A stretch of 64,000 nucleotides of DNA from Lama glama (GCA_028534125.1 CM052816.1:10170001-10234000); one strand, 5' to 3'; positions 14,147-30,396 are shown, numbered from the stretch's first letter. Notes: generated by a model from the sequence alone, not told the origin. Program-made: numbers and translations.

Positions 14147-14545
14147 CTAGTGCATATGAGCTATTAGGCATCCGGGAGGGGCCCTTGGCCAGACTGCTTA
14201 TTTCGCCAAGCCTCCTTGTGCCCCAAGTTCTTTTACAATAACCAACATGGGAATAATTGCTGTGCCTTTACAGTATAGTATTCAAAAAATGCCATGTGGA
14301 CTTAGAAAATCCTGTTCTAGCTAAAGGTAGGTAAACTGTCAAGGTAAGTAAAATCTCAGATACTGTATGTATGTTAGAATTACAGTGGTTTCAATAAGTT
14401 TAAATCTTAACATTTTTCAGCTGGAAAGGCTCTTGATTACTTTAGGAAACCTTCCGATTTTACAAGTGACAGAGACTCATTATCACTCAACTAGTCGTTA
14501 CTCCTGGGGCTGCCCAGTTCTTCCGTTTTTCCAGGTGACTGTGTT

Positions 14546-14580
14546 GGTGTGCGTGTGCGTGTGCGTGTGTATGCGCGCAC
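14546..14580. repeat. (GT/GC) alternating purine-pyrimidine microsatellite
   Basis: gtgtgcgtgtgcgtgtgcgtgtgtatgcgcgcac. Confidence 0.8.
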
Positions 14581-15659
14581 ATGAAGGGGACAGAGAAACA
14601 AAAGACAGGCAGCAGAGATGAGGAGGGGGAGGAGGACAGTAAAACAAGTGTCTAGTGAGGCTTTTCCAAGCTCCAAATGCCAGGACCCCATCCTGATCTA
14701 TAGAATCAGAGTCGGACTCACAGCCAAATTAAGATAATGCCATGGCGCATCTATAAAGAAAACTATATTATCTTTGGAAAGATTACAAACAAAGGAGAAT
14801 TTTTGACCAGAATGCCTGACAGGTAAAAAGATTAGAAGGAATACTTTATTAAATTACTTGGAGTGTTGGCTTAGGGGAGGAGAGAGAGGGATTAAGTGTG
14901 GAGGGAGAGAACGATGCAGACAGATACCCATGTAGCAGACCTTTAACATGGGGAGACCTGCACTGCAGGGTTTTTGGTTGCTGTGTGTATATATAATAAG
15001 TTGGGGATGGAGCCAAGCTGCCTTAGTAAGAAAGGCAAGGTTAAGGACAAAACAACTGTCTTCATTCCTCACCTCCCCCTCAGCAGTAGTTATCTTCTCC
15101 TCCAAAAAGAAAGAGGGGGAAAGGGAAAATATTTTATAGTATCACTTTAGGTGCCAGTTTATTAGTCTGATCATAATACTGAACTATGACTACTACCCTG
15201 GGACACCCACATTTATCAGTCTGGACCTACCTAGGGACGGGTAATGGAGGAAGCTCTCCAGGTGGTCTGCTTTGAACACCTCCTCACAAAGGTGAAAACC
15301 ATTCTAGCACTGCTTCCTTGTCCCCTGGGGGTTGTTAAGACGCACGCTCTCATGCGTAGGTCAGGGATGGAGCCCCTGCGTTTCTGACAAGCCTCTGGGT
15401 GTGGTCTGTGCCGCTTGTCTGCGGACCACACATCAGATAGTAAGGTCCCAGAACGTCAAGTATTTGTCTGAACAGCCATGAAAGCATCCGCGGGTATTTC
15501 CTCCTTTCACACGCTGTACTCCCAGCATTAAAAGACCTGCGGTTCCCTTCCCCCCGAGCCCACAGGCGCCTGAAATTTTGAAGAGAGATGAGGCATTAAG
15601 AGATCGCAGGGTCTGAGCTGCCCATCCGGCCTAGGAGCCCACCTTTTTGATGCAGCTGA

Positions 15660-16382
<723 letters not shown>

Positions 16383-18039
16383 TAAAGGATTTCGGAGTCA
16401 GCCCTCTCGGAAAACCTGGGTTCTTCCAGTCCTGCACATAGGGAGAGTGTCTATGCAATGACTCCCGTTTTCTTGAGTGCCTATAAAAGTATTCTGAATT
16501 ATGAACTCTTTCAAAATCAGCATGTTTTGTAGGCTTTCCATTTATCCAATGTTTTGGGGTCTTTTACAAGGGTGGGGAAGGTCTCTATGGCTTTCAGATG
16601 TCTGAAAATGGCAGCCCCTGCGAACACCCTGAGTAATTCGCCTCATTTTTTCTCCAGGAACCGTGTCTGAAAGCAAGAAAAAGAGCTATAAAACCCCTAG
16701 TCATTTTAGAAATGAAAATAGATCTTCTTTTCCAGAATAAACAGGGGCCATTCAAAATAGGGACCTTTATAATTCTTAAATTGGAGACCATGTCTAAGTA
16801 GCTTATTTGCTCTTACCAATTTCCAAGACTTACTTCGACCCCTACAGAATTGAGTCTTTCTTTTTAACATGTATGACCAAAAGCCACATCAGTGTCTCAC
16901 TGTGCTTAACAGTAAAACAAATACAATGATTGTATGAAAGCTATAATATTGCAGGTTGACCTCATCTTAAAAGAAATGTTGATACGTACCTATACTTAGA
17001 GTCTTCAGCATTATTTATATCTTGGTTATAGCTTATCAAATTAACTATTATCTGTTGGAGTGTACTTTATGCTTCTCTAAAAATACTTCCTTCGAAGTCT
17101 ATGCTTATAACCAGTATGCAGTAGAGACTCCTACACTTTCCTTCTTGTGTATCTGTTGATTCTAAGCATTTATATTCTAAGAACTCCAATTCTGTGCCTT
17201 GGATGATAGCTCTAGGATTTCAGTTTTATGTAAAAAGTGGTTACCATAGAACATTTTAGAAAATTAAACATGTAATTTTCTTTGCACTGCAATACAGTAT
17301 GACTGTAAAATGTTGCCTTTGCCGCACTTTTCAAATTATCTGTCTGCAATTCATACTATTGCACTGATTGACAATGAAGACCAAACGCAGTGCAGAAATA
17401 TTGGTCTCTGCCCTGCCTTTGGTGTTTAAAACAACAATGACTGATGAAGAAAGAATCAAGACTGTGAACTCTGAAGTTGGCAGGTAGGTAAATGAAAAGG
17501 AAGCTTTACGTTAAATATTTTCGTTTGTCAGTGGTTTTCAGTGTGAAGTCTATGAGTATATCCACTTGTTGACCTGTAATTTCTTCTATGACTTCCTTTC
17601 ACCAGCGCATTGCAGAAAGTGACATGAAATCCCTCCTAATAAAATGTAAAATCCAAGCTATGTGGAGAGTGGTTAAAAAATTGGGAGCCAACAGACTAAC
17701 ATGAGAATTTTTTTTAATAATACAGATGTGCTTGTCTTCATTTTTACCTTCTTATCCTGTTCTTACCCCAATACCCAATTCCATTTTTGGAACTGGAAGG
17801 GAGAGAAATGGGAGCCATTCTGTCTAGAAAACTTTCCCAGGGAATTCTGATATGCACCCCCGCCCCATCTAAGAACCAGAACTTTGGAAGATTTTCAGTA
17901 TTCTGAAATCTTAGAGTCCATGCTGAGAGCCACTATGCAATAGAGACTCCTTAACACTTGTTATTGGATGTTCTACAGAAACCCACTTTGGGAAATGCCG
18001 GCAGCGTAATCTTGGTGTCATTATAGCATCGTGCCTTAT

Positions 18040-18270
18040 AGAATGGGCTCTAGAGTCAGAAGACAGTATTTTAAATCAGGCTTCATCATTTATTAGCCAT
18101 ATGACCATGACCAAGTGTGTAACCCTTTGGGTCCTCAGTCATCATCTGTAAAATGGTGCAACCAGAACCTACATAATAGGATTGTTATAAAACGAGGTAA
18201 GGTTTGTAAAGCTCTGAATACAGAGAATATGTTTTACTTTGAATGAAGTAAAAGATCAATAAATTTCAGT
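18040..18270 (+). mobile_element. MIR SINE
   Basis: gggctctagagtcaga...cctcagtc atcatctgtaaaatgg...aggattgttat. Confidence 0.6.
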
Positions 18271-19778
18271 TATGAGGATGGTGATGATGCAGATGATTCT
18301 GTGGCAAAAATGGGCTGATTTCCCAGCAAGTTGTGTAGGGCACATCAGAACCAATTAGGAGAACGCAGACCTGGAGCTATGGTAAACTGTAAATAACACC
18401 GTGGATGGCAGATCTAACAGAAGAATGTGCTACTTAGGTAAGAATAACACCGAACTCAAATCTTCTACAAGGAGATAGAAATAGAGACAGTGCTTTTACT
18501 CCCAGATTAACAGGACGGTGTTTGATTTTACTTACCGAGTGATCAGATGATGTCACAGGACCATGCCCTCCCAAAAATGATCTAAAATTTAATCATGTGA
18601 CTTGGAGGCTGTAGCTCACAGATAGTTACATGTGGGAAAATGTAACTGTGTAACACAATTTCTGTCCCAAATATATGTATATAAATATATATAAATAAAA
18701 ATACATATAGATATATTTTTGTATATATATATGTGTGTATCTTAGGAATACAGCAAAGAAAGATTTATACAGAGTGATTTATTATATATAAGGAGACTTT
18801 TTTTATAAAGAGGAGAATAGCATAATATTGTTTGTTTTAAATGTGTCTATTTCCATTTTGAATATTCTCACAGGATATAACGAGATGAGAAGAAAGATTT
18901 CACCCAGTGGTGATGCTTTCTTCCAGGATTTTTAATAGGCATTCACATCATTCACCCTCATCTGGGGATGGAAAAAGTTTTCAGTCCAGTGGAACTCTGA
19001 TTAATTGGTATCAAATGTTTTTGGCCTTTAGTTGCAAAATATTTCTAAGGCTGTGCCCAGGCTTAACAGAACTGAGTACTGGAATCGATAAATACATCCC
19101 ACAGATAGAGGTGGGGAAATAGTGACTAATATTACCAGGTATTTTCCATTCCTGTTCTTGTCCCAACCATGGTTTTCTGACATTAATAGTTAAACGGTGG
19201 TTAAGAACTGGCTGCTCTGAAAAGTGAGTAGGAGTGGAAAGAGCCCTGTGGCATGAACCATGGAAGGACCTCGCTCCAGACTCTCCACCTACATGCACAC
19301 ATGCTGGCCTGAGGAAATGAGGAGGCTGCTGGGAAGTCTGCAGCTTCTTCAGTTACTAATGACCTGTTCGTAGTTGTTATTGCTGTTTAAAGTGAACTCA
19401 AAGGTCCTTCCCCCAAACCGGAGGTAACATCACAAATTGTCCTGGGAAACATTGCAGTAGAATATTTAGTATCTGTCTTTGTTAACACAAATGACCCATT
19501 TTAAAGTGAACTTTTTCCTTTCCGTATCCTACCAACCCAGACCATTTCAAACAATATATTGAATCACAGCATCTACATAGGATATACTAGAGAGAAAATA
19601 ATCACTCTCCTTGACACCTCGTTAAGAGTAAAATGGCCTTCATTACACAGCCTTGCATTGTCTTATTCATGAATTCAATCTCCTTGTCATATTCATGACT
19701 TTTTTTTCCTATATCAATCAGCAGAAAGAAGTTAAGCTCATACCATTGTAAAAATGCATTTCTTTGCATCCTTGTTAA

Positions 19779-20066
<288 letters not shown>

Positions 20067-21871
20067 TAGCTCCCAAGTTTTACTTTTCACTTAAGCTCTT
20101 TTCCTGTTTACTACAGAGAAATCAATTCCACCTCCTACTAGAAAACCAGCGAGTATCTTGGGAACAGGGCTTTCTAAACTCATGGACAGCAGAGTGGTCT
20201 GCATTGCATGAGGGGATCACAAGAGAATTACAGACCTTTGAAAGGCCTTCATAGAATTTTTCTAGCCGAGTGATACCAAACTGAAGTTTGATACCAAACT
20301 TCAGCCTATTATAAGAATCAAATTAGATGAAAATACTTAGCCTCTTGCCAAGACTGGTAGTCTTTCCTTGTGTGAACAATTGGGTTGGAAACTGGTAAAA
20401 TCGATTACCATCTACGGGGGTCAAAATGTAGTAACTGCATAAAAGACTTAATTTTTATAATCATTAAATGAAAGCTTCAAGTCTCATTGAATTTGATACT
20501 TATTTCCCTGGATTTTCGTCATTTTATATGAGAAATTATTTTCAGAAGTTCAGCGATAGATATCAGCTTATGTATAGTTTACTTTCAGATCTTATACCTT
20601 TCAAAGTATTTAGCTGCTAAAAGATGAAAATGTATTATTTAGGAACAGAGGTAGGTTCCAAAATAGTACTTAGAACCAAGTAATGAAAAATTTATGAATT
20701 GGAATTCAGGAAGGATATTTATATCCCAGTAGGTGGCAGAAAGAGTCCTGGACTAGGAATTAGCAGATACAAGTTTTAGTTCTTTCACTGACACTTACCC
20801 GCAATGGAACAGAATTGTCAAGACAGTGGGCTATAGAATCAGACCCTTTAGTTTAAAATCCTGGATATGCCATTGACTGTGTGACCTTAGGCAGATCATT
20901 TGCTCAGAGTCTCCTTATCTGTAAAAGAGAGACAACAGGGGTACTCCATGGGCTGGTCTAAGGTTTAGAAGAGACAGTGATGTAAAAGGTTGAATGCAGT
21001 GTCTTGCATACAGTTAGCATTCAATACATACTAGTTATTGATCTATTGATAGTAGCCGCAAGACCTTGAACGAGTTACAGCCTCCCTGACTCTTCCCTGT
21101 CCTGCTGACTCCTCTGGGATATTGTGAATCTAGGGGTTTAATGTGCGTGAAACTGCTTTGTCAACAGTACAGCACTATCAGATGTAAGATGATAATGGAA
21201 TTGCACGTGTCTAATGGTCCTGTGGACTCTAGAGTGTAGAATTAATTCATGGCTGCTGTGTGTAAAGTGATTCCACGGCACTTATGTCAGTGAGGAAGCC
21301 AGTTACTCTGGGCAGAATCTACAAGTAACGTCTGTCCTATAGTCTGCTGCCTTTTATATGTGGAGACAATGTGCCAGCTTTCTGTTTCTGACCTTTTTCT
21401 CCAGGAGTGTGCAGGAATTTGCAAAGCCCATCCGTACCTCCTACTCTGTCCCCTCTTTGGCTAAGTGTACTAGTGGGTCATCCGTATAAGCTGGGGAAGC
21501 AGTGTGCAGCCATGACACAAGGGTTGCTCCTTGAACCTCATGCAATCACAGCGTGACCTTGGTCTCACAGTTCACAGATCCAATGAGCTGATCCCACTAT
21601 TTACCACTCCCATTGCCAGGAGTCAGGGCTCCAGGGAGGATCTGCCACATAGAATTCATTTGCAGTTTCAGTCAGGCTTGATCTTAAAACTCAAGCAGTG
21701 AATCTTGGGGGTTGGAATAGGGTAAATGTTTACTCTTCACTGAAGAGAACATTTTACCCTCTCTTCGTAAGCCAGATGGAAGGAACTAAGCTGGTTATTT
21801 TTATGAGCGGTATTCTAGAACTTCGTGAAAAGTATTGGTGAAGAAATGGCCATTTTCATTTTCATGTGTAG

Positions 21872-21997
<126 letters not shown>

Positions 21998-22029
21998 TGA
22001 TTGTTTTATGAAGCAGTTTGTTCTAGAAG

Positions 22030-22960
22030 TATATATGATGTTGCAGAAGTATAATGAAAGCACACAAGTAATAAAAGTGCAGCTCAATAAATATGCCCAC
22101 TGTGATACGCTCATATAAGCACCACCCAGGTGAGTAAGTGGAAGATTACTAGGATCTCAGAACTCCCCATCTTGTGACCTCCCTCAGCCACCGTCTCTCT
22201 AAAGGTAACCACTCGACTGAACTCCATCACTATAGGTGTCTACTGCCGTTTTTTAAATGCACTGTGAATGGAATCCTATGATAATTACTCTTTTGTGTCT
22301 GATTTTTTTGCTCAGCGTTACATTGGTGAGAGTCTCCCATTGTGTTGCACATAGAATTCATTCATTTTCACACTGTCGTATTCAATCATATATAATTATA
22401 CATTTAGTATTATAAATATACACAATATCTGATACCATATGTATATACAATCACATATGATAAATATATACATTCAGTCTTCTGTCATTGACAGACATTT
22501 ACGTTGTTTCATAACAGCTTCAACTGTTAATGGTGCTGCTACATGTCCCAGTGAGGAGATGCATTGATGTCTGGGGGGCACTATCCCAAGGAGCAGAATT
22601 ACTGGCTCGCAGAGTATGCACGTAGCCGTCAGCTTCAGCACTGACCACCAGACAGTTGTTTACAGTTGTTACCATTCCATTCCCTCCAACAATGTGTGAG
22701 AGTTGCAGTTTCTCCTCGTCTTTGCCAGCATGCAAAGATAAATGATCATTTTAGTCATTTGGTGGGTGTGAGGTGTATTCTTATTGCAGGATTTTAATTT
22801 TTATTTTCCTTCTTACTAACAAGGTGGAGTAACTTTTCAAGTATCTGTTGGCCTTTTGGGTGTCCTGTGGGACTCACCCTTTGTCTTTTGCCCATTTTCT
22901 TTTGTGCTGCTCTTATTTTCTGACTCATATTAGGAATTTTTTAAATCATTTTTGGACAGT
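22030..22960 (-). mobile_element. Old L1 (L1ME/MD-like) fragment, antisense
   Basis: aaaggtaaccact, gtgtctgatttttttgctcagc, gcagaattactggctc, cattccctccaacaatgtgtgagagtt, ttggccttttggg motifs. Confidence 0.7.
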
Positions 22961-23013
22961 TGTATTTAAAATATCCTGCTTTCCCTTCTGTATGGTGGCT
23001 GTTGGTGTCATGA

Positions 23014-23298
<285 letters not shown>

Positions 23299-23839
23299 TA
23301 AAATACAATGCTATTGGTGAAAGTTTCGATTTTCCCTTATGTAAGCAAGGCGCCCTTAAGGAAGAAAGCCAAAGAAGGTTGCTGACTTTGAATTTTATGG
23401 ACTTTCTAAATTTTGCAGAACAATGGGAGTACTTGCAGGAATCTGCACTCTCCAAAAGCTCCGAAGTAGAGAAGCAGAGTTTCAACCTGGTTCCCCAACC
23501 ATAGATACCTCCTTGCAAGAATTTCACTAACATGCTTTTTCTAGAACCGTACAGTAGATACCCCTCATCTCCTAAGATCTTGCACAATAGTTGGAAATAG
23601 GTGCCATCATTTGCATAATGTATGAACACGTGTTAGGCTCATGTCCTCCTTAACAGACTGCCAATCCAGTGGTAGAGATCTGCACACCTTCCCAGCGACT
23701 GCCACCTGTTACAGCAGACAAAAGGTACCTGAGGGTGTTAGTTGGTGTGTGTGTGTATATTGAAAGTGAGCAGTTTTCAAATTTAGCTGGAGCCTCACAA
23801 AGTTTCTACAAATACTTTACGTTAACCACCAAAGTTTAG

Positions 23840-24094
<255 letters not shown>

Positions 24095-25855
24095 TAGCAG
24101 CACTTAATAATGTTGGATTAGCCCCAAAGGCCCAAGTTCCTATGTTGAATATATAAGTAGATTCAAGAGACTTTATTCCAAAAATATTGGATATTATTTA
24201 ACTGCTTTATACCTTTTCAATTATAATTTTTTGTTAACTAATTTGATAACACAAATAATAGCTGCAAAGCACATTAAAAGAACTTTCAAATGCACTGTAA
24301 TGTGAGTAGGTAGGTTGTATGGGTGTATCTTGTAACTGCCTTCCAATATCAAGATTCTGAGGCTCAGAGATTAAGTATTTTGCCTCCTACAAGACTACTG
24401 ACCTCTTGTTTCCCAACACCTAATCCAGTCTCTAGCTACATAGTGGCAGTTTAATACATATGTGTGAAATGACAGCTGAAATTCCAGTCCAGATCTCCTG
24501 ACCACAACTTCAGTACCTGCTGAAGCAGGTAAAGGAGTTATTACTGTCATTTGCATCTGGCTGAGATCTGTGTTACCGACAACGTTGGACTAACACCTGT
24601 AGATGCCTTTGGGTTTTCTTTTTTGCCTCTCTGTCTTTATTCCATGAATGATACCTGTGGTTGCACTTCATTTAGAACCAAGCCAAGACCAACAGAGTTG
24701 AACTAGTGATGGGGGAGTGGCAGACAATAGTCTTCAGAGTAGGGTAAGCGGGATGATTCACTGCCATTGAGGGAAGAAAAGATTGTAAATTATGTTTATG
24801 GTTAATTATGGCTCACCCTTTTAAAATTTTCTATGTTGAGTATATGTTACAATGCATGTGCTATATTAGGAGGATCATCTAAGTATACTGTAAAACTTTT
24901 GGCTATCTTAAGGTTGCATGATCAAATTATTTTTATTTATTAAAGGTGAAAATCAAAAAGGTTAACACCACTGGCTTAACCCAGATTACTTCTTAAACAT
25001 GGCCTTTGAAGCTCTCTGCCCCTCACTTCACTTCCACATCCTTAGTAACTCATAAATCTCACAGATTCACTAGTCTAGGAATTTGATTGGCTTTGAGTAT
25101 CAGGAGTTTAAGCTAGTTTCTTAGAAATTTTGAGACGTTCACGCATGTCTGTCAGACTTCCAGGGAGGTATAAATATCATTTATTCCATCCACTTTTGAA
25201 TTTGTACACTAAATATATGGAGTACCATACAAATGAGCATCAAATTACCAAACTGTCTCCTTTCACGAAAAGAATAAATCAAGAAATCTATCATTATTTC
25301 TAGATATTCTTTGAGTTTCCCAGAACATTCTAATGAGAACCACCCCCACCGAAAAAGAAAACACTAGATAATTCCAACCAAGTAGGTACTCTGTTCTATC
25401 TTCAGAGGCTACAGGTGAGAACAAGGATCCAAAAATAGTCAGAAGGTAGCTTTCTATGCTTTTCGGGTGATTTAATGAAAACAGTAAGGTTTTTCTTTAT
25501 TGTGAAATGATATGTTTCAACACTTAAAATAATTTGGGATCTGAGAAAATTGAAGAATTGCACTTTGGGAGAACATGACGATTTTATACTTGACCTTCAA
25601 GTATAAAATAGAAGATGCCAGTTAGGAATGCAGTATACTTTCTGGTTGTGAGGCTTTCAGATCCACATAGATTATCAGGGACAGTACTCAAGTATCAAAC
25701 CCAAAAGATGCCACAATTTACAAAACATAATCGTATTTTAAACAGAAATATGTAATGCTCTAGGAGACATACAGCTCTGTCTTTGGAAGAAAAAAAAACC
25801 TATAGGAGAAAAGGCACCAAGCCATGATCTGAAAAGTCTTTCATCTGTTTTCCAG

Positions 25856-25912
25856 GATCGGGAAAAGCTCATTCGTAGGAGAAAGCATAGAAGAAGTTCC
25901 AAGCCAATTAAG
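25856..25912 (+). CDS. JAKMIP2: JAKMIP2 coding exon 7 (DREKLIRRRKHRRSSKPIK)
   Basis: gttttccag| acceptor, AAG|GTAATG donor, 57 nt. Confidence 0.94.
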
Positions 25913-26816
25913 GTAATGAGAGAACTAGGTTATCAGGCTTCTGCCACACACAGACACAGCGGGAAAAGTGAGGCTTGCCAAGGAACCTTCCTGTGAATAT
26001 GTGATAAATCAGATGCTCCTGAACTGCAGAAAACCATGGGGTTTATTTGCCAGAAGAAATGTCTTCCCTTGACAGTTCTCAGAAGTCCAGAAATGATTGT
26101 GTTGTGGATTTTAACCTGAAAGGGTTTGCTTTCTGAGTGAAGAAGCCACTAGGTTTGATGTAGAGAGGGTTATCTGACAAGTCAGAGAGTCACACTCCAA
26201 GGACATGCAAGAGATACATACAATTTGATGTCTCCCTTGAATAGTATTAGCCTCTGATACCCATCCTATAATTGATTAATATATTTTTATTATTCACTCG
26301 GGCAATATTATTGATAATGATACTATCCACCAATATCTGTGTAGCCTCTTAGAATTCACAAAGTTTTATTTTAATTTGTCTCTTTGTTTGATTTTTGTTT
26401 TTAACGATTGCATCATTTTATTTGAATGTGGAATTAGATGATAGAATTTGATAATCCCCTTCACACGGATGCCTGGACTTTTAGAAATCCTTGATTGTAT
26501 TTTAAATATTGGCCAGAGTAAATCGCATAAACTCATCATGGTATAAAATGCAACGTAAAAGAAGATCCAGTGTTTCTATGAAGAGAGCCAAACATTAATG
26601 ACTCTTCCTCAGAAACATCAGAAGTGAAATAACATGGGCAAGCATTTATTGGAATTACTGTGTCCACGCCTAATATTTTTATTTCATCAAAGAAGCATTG
26701 AAGGACCCATGTCTTCTATGTTTATTTGCATGCATGCCAGGCGACAGAATTTTAATAAGAAGTTGACTTTCCCCACTTCTAGCTTTGTTAGTAAATGTGT
26801 ACTTTCCCTCCATTAG

Positions 26817-26936
26817 AGGCCTGTTTTGGACCCATTTATCGGCTATGATGAGGACTCCATGGATTCAGAGACGTCATCTATGGCCTCATTTAGAACAGAC
26901 CGAACGCCAGCCACTCCTGATGATGACCTGGATGAA
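26817..26936 (+). CDS. JAKMIP2: JAKMIP2 coding exon 8 (RPVLDPFIGYDEDSMDSETSS...DDDLDE)
   Basis: ccctccattag| acceptor, GAA|GTAAGC donor, 120 nt. Confidence 0.95.
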
Positions 26937-27250
26937 GTAAGCCTTTTCACTTCTCTAATCTTCTGTGATACTGTCATCAACTCTTCCCTTGAAGGAGGAG
27001 AAAGAGCACTTCACTTTTTATCTCCTTCACAAACAGCATGTCATCTCATAATAGTGGCCAGTTTCAAGGCCATGCTTGACTTCGTTATATCTTGGACAGT
27101 AGCTTCACCTAAGTCATGCAGCCCTTTTAGAAACTTCTCTGAAGTTCAGCTCTGTAACCTCAAGGCTTCTTTCAAAATAAGTTACTCTCCCACATTCTTC
27201 ATCCAGAGAAGGTGTAAACCAAAGAACAAGCTTTTAAATACAGTCTAAGA

Positions 27251-27430
27251 CAGTGTTCAGCAAAGTATGTTCTGTAGACCACCTTCATCAGAATTATCTA
27301 AGGGCTTCAATTACAATGAGAGTTTTCGGACTCACAGCTCCTGACTCAGGATCTTGAGGGTGGAACCCACAAATCTTCATTTTTCACAAAACTTCATGGT
27401 GATTTTATAATGCTCTGAAGTTGGAGACTC
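27251..27430. mobile_element. MER5-like hAT-Charlie MITE
   Basis: cagtgttcagcaaagt...catcagaattatc...aatcttcatttttcacaaa...ggtgattttat...gaagttggaga. Confidence 0.6.
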
Positions 27431-27796
27431 AAAGCTGTAAAACCATTTTTATAATTTATCTGGGGAAGAAGTTGTTTGGCTATGTATGTATTGAAAGGAA
27501 CTGAGACTAAAACTGATAATCATCTCCTCAAATTTGGATCCAAAATCTAGGTATAAGTTTTTCTCCTTTGAGTCCAAAATTTTCTATAATCCAAGCCCAA
27601 ATGGGTAATAATCAGAAATGTATAAATAAGCAAATGCTTCTTTTATTAATAAATACCTAAGTACTCCTGCAGTGTCCATCTTGAAAGTGTTACAGTATTT
27701 GTGCCCATACACATACTTGAAAATTAAGAATAAAATCGCACAAAATCCAATAACAAACAAACCTTTACTTCTCTTCAAAAAATGGACACAAGTTAA

Positions 27797-28060
<264 letters not shown>

Positions 28061-28379
28061 TGAAAGTGTCAGTAGGATAGCTTGCCTGGTACCCATCTCA
28101 CCACTGCAGCTTTTGAACTGTTTTATCTTTTATGTCAACAAACCTTGGATCTGGAGACATTAGAACCAGCTTAGATCAATGCTTTTGTTCCTTTAAAGAT
28201 GGTGGAGTATATAGTTCTTATTTGTGCTGTTTGAAAACTTAACAATTTCAAAGTTAGACAGTATTGAATTTTGATAATCCATTTTTTTTTTAGTTTCTTG
28301 CTTGGGAGAAAAAAAAAACTTTTATCTTTCAAAAGCAATGGGTAGCCAGTTCCTTTTCTTAGTTAATAAGAGCATTACA

Positions 28380-28800
28380 TTGACAGCTTACTGAGAACTG
28401 TCACTGACAGTATCTCATTTAACCCTGGGGACAGCCCCCTAAGGTGGGTATTTTATAAAAAAAAGGAATTTGAGGCTCAGAGAGGTTAATTGAATTACCC
28501 ACAATCACACGGCTAATAAATGGGAAAGTGGGATTCCAGCTCACATCTTGCTGGATCAGATGTTCTTTCTGTAATGTCACAATTGCCTCTCATTCGTCTA
28601 CTTCAAACAAGAAAAAGAAACACATACAGTACTAACACTTAACATTTACTGAGTACTTGATGTATTCCAAGCATCGTGCTGACTACTGTATACACATTAT
28701 CTCATGCAACCCTAAGATAATCCTGTGAGTTAGATGCTATTATTAACTCTTTTTTTAATAGGAGAGGAAATAATAGCTTAGTAGGAGTTAAATATATCTA
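28380..28800 (-). mobile_element. Two adjacent MIR fragments
   Basis: tgaggctcagagaggttaattgaattaccc; aacatttactgagtact...atctcatgcaaccct...gctattatt. Confidence 0.6.
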
Positions 28801-30396
28801 AGGTAGGTGAAAACCAGAATATGTAGCTTAGTTAGATTAAAGCTAGGAGATGAACCTAGATCTGAGTTCAGTCACGACTGCCTTGCTGTAACTGCCTCAT
28901 ACATTAGTTTACATGGGCAAGAGAGAGCGTGATCACTCAGCGATTTTTACCCTGCTTCCGATTTAGAGGGTCTACAGTTCATTGAGAAGTATTATAGGAA
29001 CTACTGTTAGTGGCTTAGTAGGAAAACATAGATACTATAGTTATGTCTTTTTAAATATATACGTTCATGCACGTACACATGCATAAGTGAGTAAACATGT
29101 TAAAAAAAACCCTATAGACAGGCAAGCAATCATTAGGAAGGATGTATGTGTGTGCTTTCGTGTCTGTGCCCTAATACTGGAATAGTTGTGGTTTTCACTG
29201 TTGGTGTTTACTACGCATTCTTACCAACATGGGGCTGGTCAATGAAAACAGTAGCGTATTGTTTTTTGGAGAGGTGACGATGTAGAAACCAGTTCTCTTT
29301 CTCTTGTCTCACTCTCCCATCAAAATACAGGTTTAGCATTATTTATGGCCTTTACAGTAAGAAAACTTACTATGCTAAGCAAAATAGTCTAAGACACATC
29401 AAGATGTGAGAAAGAGAGTAGTAAAGTCGAAGAAAGTAGAAGTGCAAAAATAGGTAATACAGATGAAAGGATATCAATGAAAACAAACGATACAATCATT
29501 TCAATAGAGAAAAAGTACGTTGTACTCAACACCCATTCAAAGTTACATAATTCTTAGAAAAGCTAAGCTTGGAATTATTTTAACCTGGTAAAGGTAAATA
29601 TAGTATTTAGCAGTCCAAAGATGTATTCTGTTCATAATAATAAGAAAAGGACACCAGCCATTTGCTGATTTTGTTCAACTTTGTACCAGAGGACCTATCC
29701 AGGTCATAAGACACGACAAAAATGTGGGTATGGGCAGAAAACAAAGTGTTTCATGGAAAATAGGATTGAATCCAGAGAGAATACAAAAGAATCTGGAAAC
29801 ATTACTAGACTAAATGAAGTAAGGTTGTTCCGTGTAAGATTAGTGTCCCAAACATGCTGATACAGACACACACATACATACACATGCACACACACATACA
29901 CATGCACACACACATGTAAAATTCTTCCTATGTACATACACAGATTTGGATTTAGATTTGAATATAGGGCACAGAGTTGGCTGTGAAAGAATGGGAAGAT
30001 TTTGGAAAGAGAAAATGGGATAAGGTTTTCCACAAGGGGAACGCATCCAAATAAAGAGGGAAGTGGAGAGGTACAAGGCGAATTTTAGAAACAAGGAGGT
30101 CACCAGTGGGTAGAGGTGGACTCCATGTTGATGAGCGGTGGGAAAAGATTGGAAGGATAAGGGGAGATTTTGAAAACCTGGCTAAAGGGTTTGAAGTTTT
30201 AACCTGATGCTAAAGGGAGCCACTGAAAATGTTAAGCAAGAATTTAGATTATAAACATAGTTTTAAAAGACGCTTTGAGCATAGGAGATTCTTTTTTTCT
30301 CACTTGCTGAGTTCTAAGCAGGGAACATGAGGGGAAGAAAAATACTGACTTTTTCTCAGTTCTACTTACTGAGTTCTGGAATTTTGACTTCACTAG

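Noticed and set aside
24513..24532. Short inverted repeat TACCTGCT-GA-AGCAGGTA
   Set aside because: 8-bp stem with a 2-nt loop is near chance expectation in 64 kb and has no supporting context
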